From Naegleria gruberi (lineage: Eukaryota), in assembly GCA_000004985.1 (NCBI GenBank), contig GG738932.1: DNA of 64,000 nucleotides, one strand, 5' to 3'. The notes beneath the pieces are model-generated. The model was given only the letters and a program-made list of their open reading frames with translations, ran no database searches and had not been told where the DNA came from. Below are positions 36,001-48,000 of this stretch, piece by piece (the first letter of the stretch is position 1; every line of letters begins with the position of its first letter). The position numbers were made by a program, and so were the translations under genes.

Positions 36001-39000
36001 NNNNNNNNNNNNNNNNNNNNNNNNNNNNNNNNNNNNNNNNNNNNNNNNNNNNNNNNNNNNNNNNNNNNNNNNNNNNNNNNNNNNNNNNNNNNNNNNNNNN
36101 NNNNNNNNNNNNNNNNNNNNNNNNNNNNNNNNNNNNNNNNNNNNNNNNNNNNNNNNNNNNNNNNNNNNNNNNNNNNNNNNNNNNNNNNNNNNNNNNNNNN
36201 NNNNNNNNNNNNNNNNNNNNNNNNNNNNNNNNNNNNNNNNNNNNNNNNNNNNNNNNNNNNNNNNNNNNNNNNNNNNNNNNNNNNNNNNNNNNNNNNNNNN
36301 NNNNNNNNNNNNNNNNNNNNNNNNNNNNNNNNNNNNNNNNNNNNNNNNNNNNNNNNNNNNNNNNNNNNNNNNNNNNNNNNNNNNNNNNNNNNNNNNNNNN
36401 NNNNNNNNNNNNNNNNNNNNNNNNNNNNNNNNNNNNNNNNNNNNNNNNNNNNNNNNNNNNNNNNNNNNNNNNNNNNNNNNNNNNNNNNNNNNNNNNNNNN
36501 NNNNNNNNNNNNNNNNNNNNNNNNNNNNNNNNNNNNNNNNNNNNNNNNNNNNNNNNNNNNNNNNNNNNNNNNNNNNNNNNNNNNNNNNNNNNNNNNNNNN
36601 NNNNNNNNNNNNNNNNNNNNNNNNNNNNNNNNNNNNNNNNNNNNNNNNNNNNNNNNNNNNNNNNNNNNNNNNNNNNNNNNNNNNNNNNNNNNNNNNNNNN
36701 NNNNNNNNNNNNNNNNNNNNNNNNNNNNNNNNNNNNNNNNNNNNNNNNNNNNNNNNNNNNNNNNNNNNNNNNNNNNNNNNNNNNNNNNNNNNNNNNNNNN
36801 NNNNNNNNNNNNNNNNNNNNNNNNNNNNNNNNNNNNNNNNNNNNNNNNNNNNNNNNNNNNNNNNNNNNNNNNNNNNNNNNNNNNNNNNNNNNNNNNNNNN
36901 NNNNNNNNNNNNNNNNNNNNNNNNNNNNNNNNNNNNNNNNNNNNNNNNNNNNNNNNNNNNNNNNNNNNNNNNNNNNNNNNNNNNNNNNNNNNNNNNNNNN
37001 NNNNNNNNNNNNNNNNNNNNNNNNNNNNNNNNNNNNNNNNNNNNNNNNNNNNNNNNNNNNNNNNNNNNNNNNNNNNNNNNNNNNNNNNNNNNNNNNNNNN
37101 NNNNNNNNNNNNNNNNNNNNNNNNNNNNNNNNNNNNNNNNNNNNNNNNNNNNNNNNNNNNNNNNNNNNNNNNNNNNNNNNNNNNNNNNNNNNNNNNNNNN
37201 NNNNNNNNNNNNNNNNNNNNNNNNNNNNNNNNNNNNNNNNNNNNNNNNNNNNNNNNNNNNNNNNNNNNNNNNNNNNNNNNNNNNNNNNNNNNNNNNNNNN
37301 NNNNNNNNNNNNNNNNNNNNNNNNNNNNNNNNNNNNNNNNNNNNNNNNNNNNNNNNNNNNNNNNNNNNNNNNNNNNNNNNNNNNNNNNNNNNNNNNNNNN
37401 NNNNNNNNNNNNNNNNNNNNNNNNNNNNNNNNNNNNNNNNNNNNNNNNNNNNNNNNNNNNNNNNNNNNNNNNNNNNNNNNNNNNNNNNNNNNNNNNNNNN
37501 NNNNNNNNNNNNNNNNNNNNNNNNNNNNNNNNNNNNNNNNNNNNNNNNNNNNNNNNNNNNNNNNNNNNNNNNNNNNNNNNNNNNNNNNNNNNNNNNNNNN
37601 NNNNNNNNNNNNNNNNNNNNNNNNNNNNNNNNNNNNNNNNNNNNNNNNNNNNNNNNNNNNNNNNNNNNNNNNNNNNNNNNNNNNNNNNNNNNNNNNNNNN
37701 NNNNNNNNNNNNNNNNNNNNNNNNNNNNNNNNNNNNNNNNNNNNNNNNNNNNNNNNNNNNNNNNNNNNNNNNNNNNNNNNNNNNNNNNNNNNNNNNNNNN
37801 NNNNNNNNNNNNNNNNNNNNNNNNNNNNNNNNNNNNNNNNNNNNNNNNNNNNNNNNNNNNNNNNNNNNNNNNNNNNNNNNNNNNNNNNNNNNNNNNNNNN
37901 NNNNNNNNNNNNNNNNNNNNNNNNNNNNNNNNNNNNNNNNNNNNNNNNNNNNNNNNNNNNNNNNNNNNNNNNNNNNNNNNNNNNNNNNNNNNNNNNNNNN
38001 NNNNNNNNNNNNNNNNNNNNNNNNNNNNNNNNNNNNNNNNNNNNNNNNNNNNNNNNNNNNNNNNNNNNNNNNNNNNNNNNNNNNNNNNNNNNNNNNNNNN
38101 NNNNNNNNNNNNNNNNNNNNNNNNNNNNNNNNNNNNNNNNNNNNNNNNNNNNNNNNNNNNNNNNNNNNNNNNNNNNNNNNNNNNNNNNNNNNNNNNNNNN
38201 NNNNNNNNNNNNNNNNNNNNNNNNNNNNNNNNNNNNNNNNNNNNNNNNNNNNNNNNNNNNNNNNNNNNNNNNNNNNNNNNNNNNNNNNNNNNNNNNNNNN
38301 NNNNNNNNNNNNNNNNNNNNNNNNNNNNNNNNNNNNNNNNNNNNNNNNNNNNNNNNNNNNNNNNNNNNNNNNNNNNNNNNNNNNNNNNNNNNNNNNNNNN
38401 NNNNNNNNNNNNNNNNNNNNNNNNNNNNNNNNNNNNNNNNNNNNNNNNNNNNNNNNNNNNNNNNNNNNNNNNNNNNNNNNNNNNNNNNNNNNNNNNNNNN
38501 NNNNNNNNNNNNNNNNNNNNNNNNNNNNNNNNNNNNNNNNNNNNNNNNNNNNNNNNNNNNNNNNNNNNNNNNNNNNNNNNNNNNNNNNNNNNNNNNNNNN
38601 NNNNNNNNNNNNNNNNNNNNNNNNNNNNNNNNNNNNNNNNNNNNNNNNNNNNNNNNNNNNNNNNNNNNNNNNNNNNNNNNNNNNNNNNNNNNNNNNNNNN
38701 NNNNNNNNNNNNNNNNNNNNNNNNNNNNNNNNNNNNNNNNNNNNNNNNNNNNNNNNNNNNNNNNNNNNNNNNNNNNNNNNNNNNNNNNNNNNNNNNNNNN
38801 NNNNNNNNNNNNNNNNNNNNNNNNNNNNNNNNNNNNNNNNNNNNNNNNNNNNNNNNNNNNNNNNNNNNNNNNNNNNNNNNNNNNNNNNNNNNNNNNNNNN
38901 NNNNNNNNNNNNNNNNNNNNNNNNNNNNNNNNNNNNNNNNNNNNNNNNNNNNNNNNNNNNNNNNNNNNNNNNNNNNNNNNNNNNNNNNNNNNNNNNNNNN

Positions 39001-42000
39001 NNNNNNNNNNNNNNNNNNNNNNNNNNNNNNNNNNNNNNNNNNNNNNNNNNNNNNNNNNNNNNNNNNNNNNNNNNNNNNNNNNNNNNNNNNNNNNNNNNNN
39101 NNNNNNNNNNNNNNNNNNNNNNNNNNNNNNNNNNNNNNNNNNNNNNNNNNNNNNNNNNNNNNNNNNNNNNNNNNNNNNNNNNNNNNNNNNNNNNNNNNNN
39201 NNNNNNNNNNNNNNNNNNNNNNNNNNNNNNNNNNNNNNNNNNNNNNNNNNNNNNNNNNNNNNNNNNNNNNNNNNNNNNNNNNNNNNNNNNNNNNNNNNNN
39301 NNNNNNNNNNNNNNNNNNNNNNNNNNNNNNNNNNNNNNNNNNNNNNNNNNNNNNNNNNNNNNNNNNNNNNNNNNNNNNNNNNNNNNNNNNNNNNNNNNNN
39401 NNNNNNNNNNNNNNNNNNNNNNNNNNNNNNNNNNNNNNNNNNNNNNNNNNNNNNNNNNNNNNNNNNNNNNNNNNNNNNNNNNNNNNNNNNNNNNNNNNNN
39501 NNNNNNNNNNNNNNNNNNNNNNNNNNNNNNNNNNNNNNNNNNNNNNNNNNNNNNNNNNNNNNNNNNNNNNNNNNNNNNNNNNNNNNNNNNNNNNNNNNNN
39601 NNNNNNNNNNNNNNNNNNNNNNNNNNNNNNNNNNNNNNNNNNNNNNNNNNNNNNNNNNNNNNNNNNNNNNNNNNNNNNNNNNNNNNNNNNNNNNNNNNNN
39701 NNNNNNNNNNNNNNNNNNNNNNNNNNNNNNNNNNNNNNNNNNNNNNNNNNNNNNNNNNNNNNNNNNNNNNNNNNNNNNNNNNNNNNNNNNNNNNNNNNNN
39801 NNNNNNNNNNNNNNNNNNNNNNNNNNNNNNNNNNNNNNNNNNNNNNNNNNNNNNNNNNNNNNNNNNNNNNNNNNNNNNNNNNNNNNNNNNNNNNNNNNNN
39901 NNNNNNNNNNNNNNNNNNNNNNNNNNNNNNNNNNNNNNNNNNNNNNNNNNNNNNNNNNNNNNNNNNNNNNNNNNNNNNNNNNNNNNNNNNNNNNNNNNNN
40001 NNNNNNNNNNNNNNNNNNNNNNNNNNNNNNNNNNNNNNNNNNNNNNNNNNNNNNNNNNNNNNNNNNNNNNNNNNNNNNNNNNNNNNNNNNNNNNNNNNNN
40101 NNNNNNNNNNNNNNNNNNNNNNNNNNNNNNNNNNNNNNNNNNNNNNNNNNNNNNNNNNNNNNNNNNNNNNNNNNNNNNNNNNNNNNNNNNNNNNNNNNNN
40201 NNNNNNNNNNNNNNNNNNNNNNNNNNNNNNNNNNNNNNNNNNNNNNNNNNNNNNNNNNNNNNNNNNNNNNNNNNNNNNNNNNNNNNNNNNNNNNNNNNNN
40301 NNNNNNNNNNNNNNNNNNNNNNNNNNNNNNNNNNNNNNNNNNNNNNNNNNNNNNNNNNNNNNNNNNNNNNNNNNNNNNNNNNNNNNNNNNNNNNNNNNNN
40401 NNNNNNNNNNNNNNNNNNNNNNNNNNNNNNNNNNNNNNNNNNNNNNNNNNNNNNNNNNNNNNNNNNNNNNNNNNNNNNNNNNNNNNNNNNNNNNNNNNNN
40501 NNNNNNNNNNNNNNNNNNNNNNNNNNNNNNNNNNNNNNNNNNNNNNNNNNNNNNNNNNNNNNNNNNNNNNNNNNNNNNNNNNNNNNNNNNNNNNNNNNNN
40601 NNNNNNNNNNNNNNNNNNNNNNNNNNNNNNNNNNNNNNNNNNNNNNNNNNNNNNNNNNNNNNNNNNNNNNNNNNNNNNNNNNNNNNNNNNNNNNNNNNNN
40701 NNNNNNNNNNNNNNNNNNNNNNNNNNNNNNNNNNNNNNNNNNNNNNNNNNNNNNNNNNNNNNNNNNNNNNNNNNNNNNNNNNNNNNNNNNNNNNNNNNNN
40801 NNNNNNNNNNNNNNNNNNNNNNNNNNNNNNNNNNNNNNNNNNNNNNNNNNNNNNNNNNNNNNNNNNNNNNNNNNNNNNNNNNNNNNNNNNNNNNNNNNNN
40901 NNNNNNNNNNNNNNNNNNNNNNNNNNNNNNNNNNNNNNNNNNNNNNNNNNNNNNNNNNNNNNNNNNNNNNNNNNNNNNNNNNNNNNNNNNNNNNNNNNNN
41001 NNNNNNNNNNNNNNNNNNNNNNNNNNNNNNNNNNNNNNNNNNNNNNNNNNNNNNNNNNNNNNNNNNNNNNNNNNNNNNNNNNNNNNNNNNNNNNNNNNNN
41101 NNNNNNNNNNNNNNNNNNNNNNNNNNNNNNNNNNNNNNNNNNNNNNNNNNNNNNNNNNNNNNNNNNNNNNNNNNNNNNNNNNNNNNNNNNNNNNNNNNNN
41201 NNNNNNNNNNNNNNNNNNNNNNNNNNNNNNNNNNNNNNNNNNNNNNNNNNNNNNNNNNNNNNNNNNNNNNNNNNNNNNNNNNNNNNNNNNNNNNNNNNNN
41301 NNNNNNNNNNNNNNNNNNNNNNNNNNNNNNNNNNNNNNNNNNNNNNNNNNNNNNNNNNNNNNNNNNNNNNNNNNNNNNNNNNNNNNNNNNNNNNNNNNNN
41401 NNNNNNNNNNNNNNNNNNNNNNNNNNNNNNNNNNNNNNNNNNNNNNNNNNNNNNNNNNNNNNNNNNNNNNNNNNNNNNNNNNNNNNNNNNNNNNNNNNNN
41501 NNNNNNNNNNNNNNNNNNNNNNNNNNNNNNNNNNNNNNNNNNNNNNNNNNNNNNNNNNNNNNNNNNNNNNNNNNNNNNNNNNNNNNNNNNNNNNNNNNNN
41601 NNNNNNNNNNNNNNNNNNNNNNNNNNNNNNNNNNNNNNNNNNNNNNNNNNNNNNNNNNNNNNNNNNNNNNNNNNNNNNNNNNNNNNNNNNNNNNNNNNNN
41701 NNNNNNNNNNNNNNNNNNNNNNNNNNNNNNNNNNNNNNNNNNNNNNNNNNNNNNNNNNNNNNNNNNNNNNNNNNNNNNNNNNNNNNNNNNNNNNNNNNNN
41801 NNNNNNNNNNNNNNNNNNNNNNNNNNNNNNNNNNNNNNNNNNNNNNNNNNNNNNNNNNNNNNNNNNNNNNNNNNNNNNNNNNNNNNNNNNNNNNNNNNNN
41901 NNNNNNNNNNNNNNNNNNNNNNNNNNNNNNNNNNNNNNNNNNNNNNNNNNNNNNNNNNNNNNNNNNNNNNNNNNNNNNNNNNNNNNNNNNNNNNNNNNNN

Positions 42001-45000
42001 NNNNNNNNNNNNNNNNNNNNNNNNNNNNNNNNNNNNNNNNNNNNNNNNNNNNNNNNNNNNNNNNNNNNNNNNNNNNNNNNNNNNNNNNNNNNNNNNNNNN
42101 NNNNNNNNNNNNNNNNNNNNNNNNNNNNNNNNNNNNNNNNNNNNNNNNNNNNNNNNNNNNNNNNNNNNNNNNNNNNNNNNNNNNNNNNNNNNNNNNNNNN
42201 NNNNNNNNNNNNNNNNNNNNNNNNNNNNNNNNNNNNNNNNNNNNNNNNNNNNNNNNNNNNNNNNNNNNNNNNNNNNNNNNNNNNNNNNNNNNNNNNNNNN
42301 NNNNNNNNNNNNNNNNNNNNNNNNNNNNNNNNNNNNNNNNNNNNNNNNNNNNNNNNNNNNNNNNNNNNNNNNNNNNNNNNNNNNNNNNNNNNNNNNNNNN
42401 NNNNNNNNNNNNNNNNNNNNNNNNNNNNNNNNNNNNNNNNNNNNNNNNNNNNNNNNNNNNNNNNNNNNNNNNNNNNNNNNNNNNNNNNNNNNNNNNNNNN
42501 NNNNNNNNNNNNNNNNNNNNNNNNNNNNNNNNNNNNNNNNNNNNNNNNNNNNNNNNNNNNNNNNNNNNNNNNNNNNNNNNNNNNNNNNNNNNNNNNNNNN
42601 NNNNNNNNNNNNNNNNNNNNNNNNNNNNNNNNNNNNNNNNNNNNNNNNNNNNNNNNNNNNNNNNNNNNNNNNNNNNNNNNNNNNNNNNNNNNNNNNNNNN
42701 NNNNNNNNNNNNNNNNNNNNNNNNNNNNNNNNNNNNNNNNNNNNNNNNNNNNNNNNNNNNNNNNNNNNNNNNNNNNNNNNNNNNNNNNNNNNNNNNNNNN
42801 NNNNNNNNNNNNNNNNNNNNNNNNNNNNNNNNNNNNNNNNNNNNNNNNNNNNNNNNNNNNNNNNNNNNNNNNNNNNNNNNNNNNNNNNNNNNNNNNNNNN
42901 NNNNNNNNNNNNNNNNNNNNNNNNNNNNNNNNNNNNNNNNNNNNNNNNNNNNNNNNNNNNNNNNNNNNNNNNNNNNNNNNNNNNNNNNNNNNNNNNNNNN
43001 NNNNNNNNNNNNNNNNNNNNNNNNNNNNNNNNNNNNNNNNNNNNNNNNNNNNNNNNNNNNNNNNNNNNNNNNNNNNNNNNNNNNNNNNNNNNNNNNNNNN
43101 NNNNNNNNNNNNNNNNNNNNNNNNNNNNNNNNNNNNNNNNNNNNNNNNNNNNNNNNNNNNNNNNNNNNNNNNNNNNNNNNNNNNNNNNNNNNNNNNNNNN
43201 NNNNNNNNNNNNNNNNNNNNNNNNNNNNNNNNNNNNNNNNNNNNNNNNNNNNNNNNNNNNNNNNNNNNNNNNNNNNNNNNNNNNNNNNNNNNNNNNNNNN
43301 NNNNNNNNNNNNNNNNNNNNNNNNNNNNNNNNNNNNNNNNNNNNNNNNNNNNNNNNNNNNNNNNNNNNNNNNNNNNNNNNNNNNNNNNNNNNNNNNNNNN
43401 NNNNNNNNNNNNNNNNNNNNNNNNNNNNNNNNNNNNNNNNNNNNNNNNNNNNNNNNNNNNNNNNNNNNNNNNNNNNNNNNNNNNNNNNNNNNNNNNNNNN
43501 NNNNNNNNNNNNNNNNNNNNNNNNNNNNNNNNNNNNNNNNNNNNNNNNNNNNNNNNNNNNNNNNNNNNNNNNNNNNNNNNNNNNNNNNNNNNNNNNNNNN
43601 NNNNNNNNNNNNNNNNNNNNNNNNNNNNNNNNNNNNNNNNNNNNNNNNNNNNNNNNNNNNNNNNNNNNNNNNNNNNNNNNNNNNNNNNNNNNNNNNNNNN
43701 NNNNNNNNNNNNNNNNNNNNNNNNNNNNNNNNNNNNNNNNNNNNNNNNNNNNNNNNNNNNNNNNNNNNNNNNNNNNNNNNNNNNNNNNNNNNNNNNNNNN
43801 NNNNNNNNNNNNNNNNNNNNNNNNNNNNNNNNNNNNNNNNNNNNNNNNNNNNNNNNNNNNNNNNNNNNNNNNNNNNNNNNNNNNNNNNNNNNNNNNNNNN
43901 NNNNNNNNNNNNNNNNNNNNNNNNNNNNNNNNNNNNNNNNNNNNNNNNNNNNNNNNNNNNNNNNNNNNNNNNNNNNNNNNNNNNNNNNNNNNNNNNNNNN
44001 NNNNNNNNNNNNNNNNNNNNNNNNNNNNNNNNNNNNNNNNNNNNNNNNNNNNNNNNNNNNNNNNNNNNNNNNNNNNNNNNNNNNNNNNNNNNNNNNNNNN
44101 NNNNNNNNNNNNNNNNNNNNNNNNNNNNNNNNNNNNNNNNNNNNNNNNNNNNNNNNNNNNNNNNNNNNNNNNNNNNNNNNNNNNNNNNNNNNNNNNNNNN
44201 NNNNNNNNNNNNNNNNNNNNNNNNNNNNNNNNNNNNNNNNNNNNNNNNNNNNNNNNNNNNNNNNNNNNNNNNNNNNNNNNNNNNNNNNNNNNNNNNNNNN
44301 NNNNNNNNNNNNNNNNNNNNNNNNNNNNNNNNNNNNNNNNNNNNNNNNNNNNNNNNNNNNNNNNNNNNNNNNNNNNNNNNNNNNNNNNNNNNNNNNNNNN
44401 NNNNNNNNNNNNNNNNNNNNNNNNNNNNNNNNNNNNNNNNNNNNNNNNNNNNNNNNNNNNNNNNNNNNNNNNNNNNNNNNNNNNNNNNNNNNNNNNNNNN
44501 NNNNNNNNNNNNNNNNNNNNNNNNNNNNNNNNNNNNNNNNNNNNNNNNNNNNNNNNNNNNNNNNNNNNNNNNNNNNNNNNNNNNNNNNNNNNNNNNNNNN
44601 NNNNNNNNNNNNNNNNNNNNNNNNNNNNNNNNNNNNNNNNNNNNNNNNNNNNNNNNNNNNNNNNNNNNNNNNNNNNNNNNNNNNNNNNNNNNNNNNNNNN
44701 NNNNNNNNNNNNNNNNNNNNNNNNNNNNNNNNNNNNNNNNNNNNNNNNNNNNNNNNNNNNNNNNNNNNNNNNNNNNNNNNNNNNNNNNNNNNNNNNNNNN
44801 NNNNNNNNNNNNNNNNNNNNNNNNNNNNNNNNNNNNNNNNNNNNNNNNNNNNNNNNNNNNNNNNNNNNNNNNNNNNNNNNNNNNNNNNNNNNNNNNNNNN
44901 NNNNNNNNNNNNNNNNNNNNNNNNNNNNNNNNNNNNNNNNNNNNNNNNNNNNNNNNNNNNNNNNNNNNNNNNNNNNNNNNNNNNNNNNNNNNNNNNNNNN

Positions 45001-48000
45001 NNNNNNNNNNNNNNNNNNNNNNNNNNNNNNNNNNNNNNNNNNNNNNNNNNNNNNNNNNNNNNNNNNNNNNNNNNNNNNNNNNNNNNNNNNNNNNNNNNNN
45101 NNNNNNNNNNNNNNNNNNNNNNNNNNNNNNNNNNNNNNNNNNNNNNNNNNNNNNNNNNNNNNNNNNNNNNNNNNNNNNNNNNNNNNNNNNNNNNNNNNNN
45201 NNNNNNNNNNNNNNNNNNNNNNNNNNNNNNNNNNNNNNNNNNNNNNNNNNNNNNNNNNNNNNNNNNNNNNNNNNNNNNNNNNNNNNNNNNNNNNNNNNNN
45301 NNNNNNNNNNNNNNNNNNNNNNNNNNNNNNNNNNNNNNNNNNNNNNNNNNNNNNNNNNNNNNNNNNNNNNNNNNNNNNNNNNNNNNNNNNNNNNNNNNNN
45401 NNNNNNNNNNNNNNNNNNNNNNNNNNNNNNNNNNNNNNNNNNNNNNNNNNNNNNNNNNNNNNNNNNNNNNNNNNNNNNNNNNNNNNNNNNNNNNNNNNNN
45501 NNNNNNNNNNNNNNNNNNNNNNNNNNNNNNNNNNNNNNNNNNNNNNNNNNNNNNNNNNNNNNNNNNNNNNNNNNNNNNNNNNNNNNNNNNNNNNNNNNNN
45601 NNNNNNNNNNNNNNNNNNNNNNNNNNNNNNNNNNNNNNNNNNNNNNNNNNNNNNNNNNNNNNNNNNNNNNNNNNNNNNNNNNNNNNNNNNNNNNNNNNNN
45701 NNNNNNNNNNNNNNNNNNNNNNNNNNNNNNNNNNNNNNNNNNNNNNNNNNNNNNNNNNNNNNNNNNNNNNNNNNNNNNNNNNNNNNNNNNNNNNNNNNNN
45801 NNNNNNNNNNNNNNNNNNNNNNNNNNNNNNNNNNNNNNNNNNNNNNNNNNNNNNNNNNNNNNNNNNNNNNNNNNNNNNNNNNNNNNNNNNNNNNNNNNNN
45901 NNNNNNNNNNNNNNNNNNNNNNNNNNNNNNNNNNNNNNNNNNNNNNNNNNNNNNNNNNNNNNNNNNNNNNNNNNNNNNNNNNNNNNNNNNNNNNNNNNNN
46001 NNNNNNNNNNNNNNNNNNNNNNNNNNNNNNNNNNNNNNNNNNNNNNNNNNNNNNNNNNNNNNNNNNNNNNNNNNNNNNNNNNNNNNNNNNNNNNNNNNNN
46101 NNNNNNNNNNNNNNNNNNNNNNNNNNNNNNNNNNNNNNNNNNNNNNNNNNNNNNNNNNNNNNNNNNNNNNNNNNNNNNNNNNNNNNNNNNNNNNNNNNNN
46201 NNNNNNNNNNNNNNNNNNNNNNNNNNNNNNNNNNNNNNNNNNNNNNNNNNNNNNNNNNNNNNNNNNNNNNNNNNNNNNNNNNNNNNNNNNNNNNNNNNNN
46301 NNNNNNNNNNNNNNNNNNNNNNNNNNNNNNNNNNNNNNNNNNNNNNNNNNNNNNNNNNNNNNNNNNNNNNNNNNNNNNNNNNNNNNNNNNNNNNNNNNNN
46401 NNNNNNNNNNNNNNNNNNNNNNNNNNNNNNNNNNNNNNNNNNNNNNNNNNNNNNNNNNNNNNNNNNNNNNNNNNNNNNNNNNNNNNNNNNNNNNNNNNNN
46501 NNNNNNNNNNNNNNNNNNNNNNNNNNNNNNNNNNNNNNNNNNNNNNNNNNNNNNNNNNNNNNNNNNNNNNNNNNNNNNNNNNNNNNNNNNNNNNNNNNNN
46601 NNNNNNNNNNNNNNNNNNNNNNNNNNNNNNNNNNNNNNNNNNNNNNNNNNNNNNNNNNNNNNNNNNNNNNNNNNNNNNNNNNNNNNNNNNNNNNNNNNNN
46701 NNNNNNNNNNNNNNNNNNNNNNNNNNNNNNNNNNNNNNNNNNNNNNNNNNNNNNNNNNNNNNNNNNNNNNNNNNNNNNNNNNNNNNNNNNNNNNNNNNNN
46801 NNNNNNNNNNNNNNNNNNNNNNNNNNNNNNNNNNNNNNNNNNNNNNNNNNNNNNNNNNNNNNNNNNNNNNNNNNNNNNNNNNNNNNNNNNNNNNNNNNNN
46901 NNNNNNNNNNNNNNNNNNNNNNNNNNNNNNNNNNNNNNNNNNNNNNNNNNNNNNNNNNNNNNNNNNNNNNNNNNNNNNNNNNNNNNNNNNNNNNNNNNNN
47001 NNNNNNNNNNNNNNNNNNNNNNNNNNNNNNNNNNNNNNNNNNNNNNNNNNNNNNNNNNNNNNNNNNNNNNNNNNNNNNNNNNNNNNNNNNNNNNNNNNNN
47101 NNNNNNNNNNNNNNNNNNNNNNNNNNNNNNNNNNNNNNNNNNNNNNNNNNNNNNNNNNNNNNNNNNNNNNNNNNNNNNNNNNNNNNNNNNNNNNNNNNNN
47201 NNNNNNNNNNNNNNNNNNNNNNNNNNNNNNNNNNNNNNNNNNNNNNNNNNNNNNNNNNNNNNNNNNNNNNNNNNNNNNNNNNNNNNNNNNNNNNNNNNNN
47301 NNNNNNNNNNNNNNNNNNNNNNNNNNNNNNNNNNNNNNNNNNNNNNNNNNNNNNNNNNNNNNNNNNNNNNNNNNNNNNNNNNNNNNNNNNNNNNNNNNNN
47401 NNNNNNNNNNNNNNNNNNNNNNNNNNNNNNNNNNNNNNNNNNNNNNNNNNNNNNNNNNNNNNNNNNNNNNNNNNNNNNNNNNNNNNNNNNNNNNNNNNNN
47501 NNNNNNNNNNNNNNNNNNNNNNNNNNNNNNNNNNNNNNNNNNNNNNNNNNNNNNNNNNNNNNNNNNNNNNNNNNNNNNNNNNNNNNNNNNNNNNNNNNNN
47601 NNNNNNNNNNNNNNNNNNNNNNNNNNNNNNNNNNNNNNNNNNNNNNNNNNNNNNNNNNNNNNNNNNNNNNNNNNNNNNNNNNNNNNNNNNNNNNNNNNNN
47701 NNNNNNNNNNNNNNNNNNNNNNNNNNNNNNNNNNNNNNNNNNNNNNNNNNNNNNNNNNNNNNNNNNNNNNNNNNNNNNNNNNNNNNNNNNNNNNNNNNNN
47801 NNNNNNNNNNNNNNNNNNNNNNNNNNNNNNNNNNNNNNNNNNNNNNNNNNNNNNNNNNNNNNNNNNNNNNNNNNNNNNNNNNNNNNNNNNNNNNNNNNNN
47901 NNNNNNNNNNNNNNNNNNNNNNNNNNNNNNNNNNNNNNNNNNNNNNNNNNNNNNNNNNNNNNNNNNNNNNNNNNNNNNNNNNNNNNNNNNNNNNNNNNNN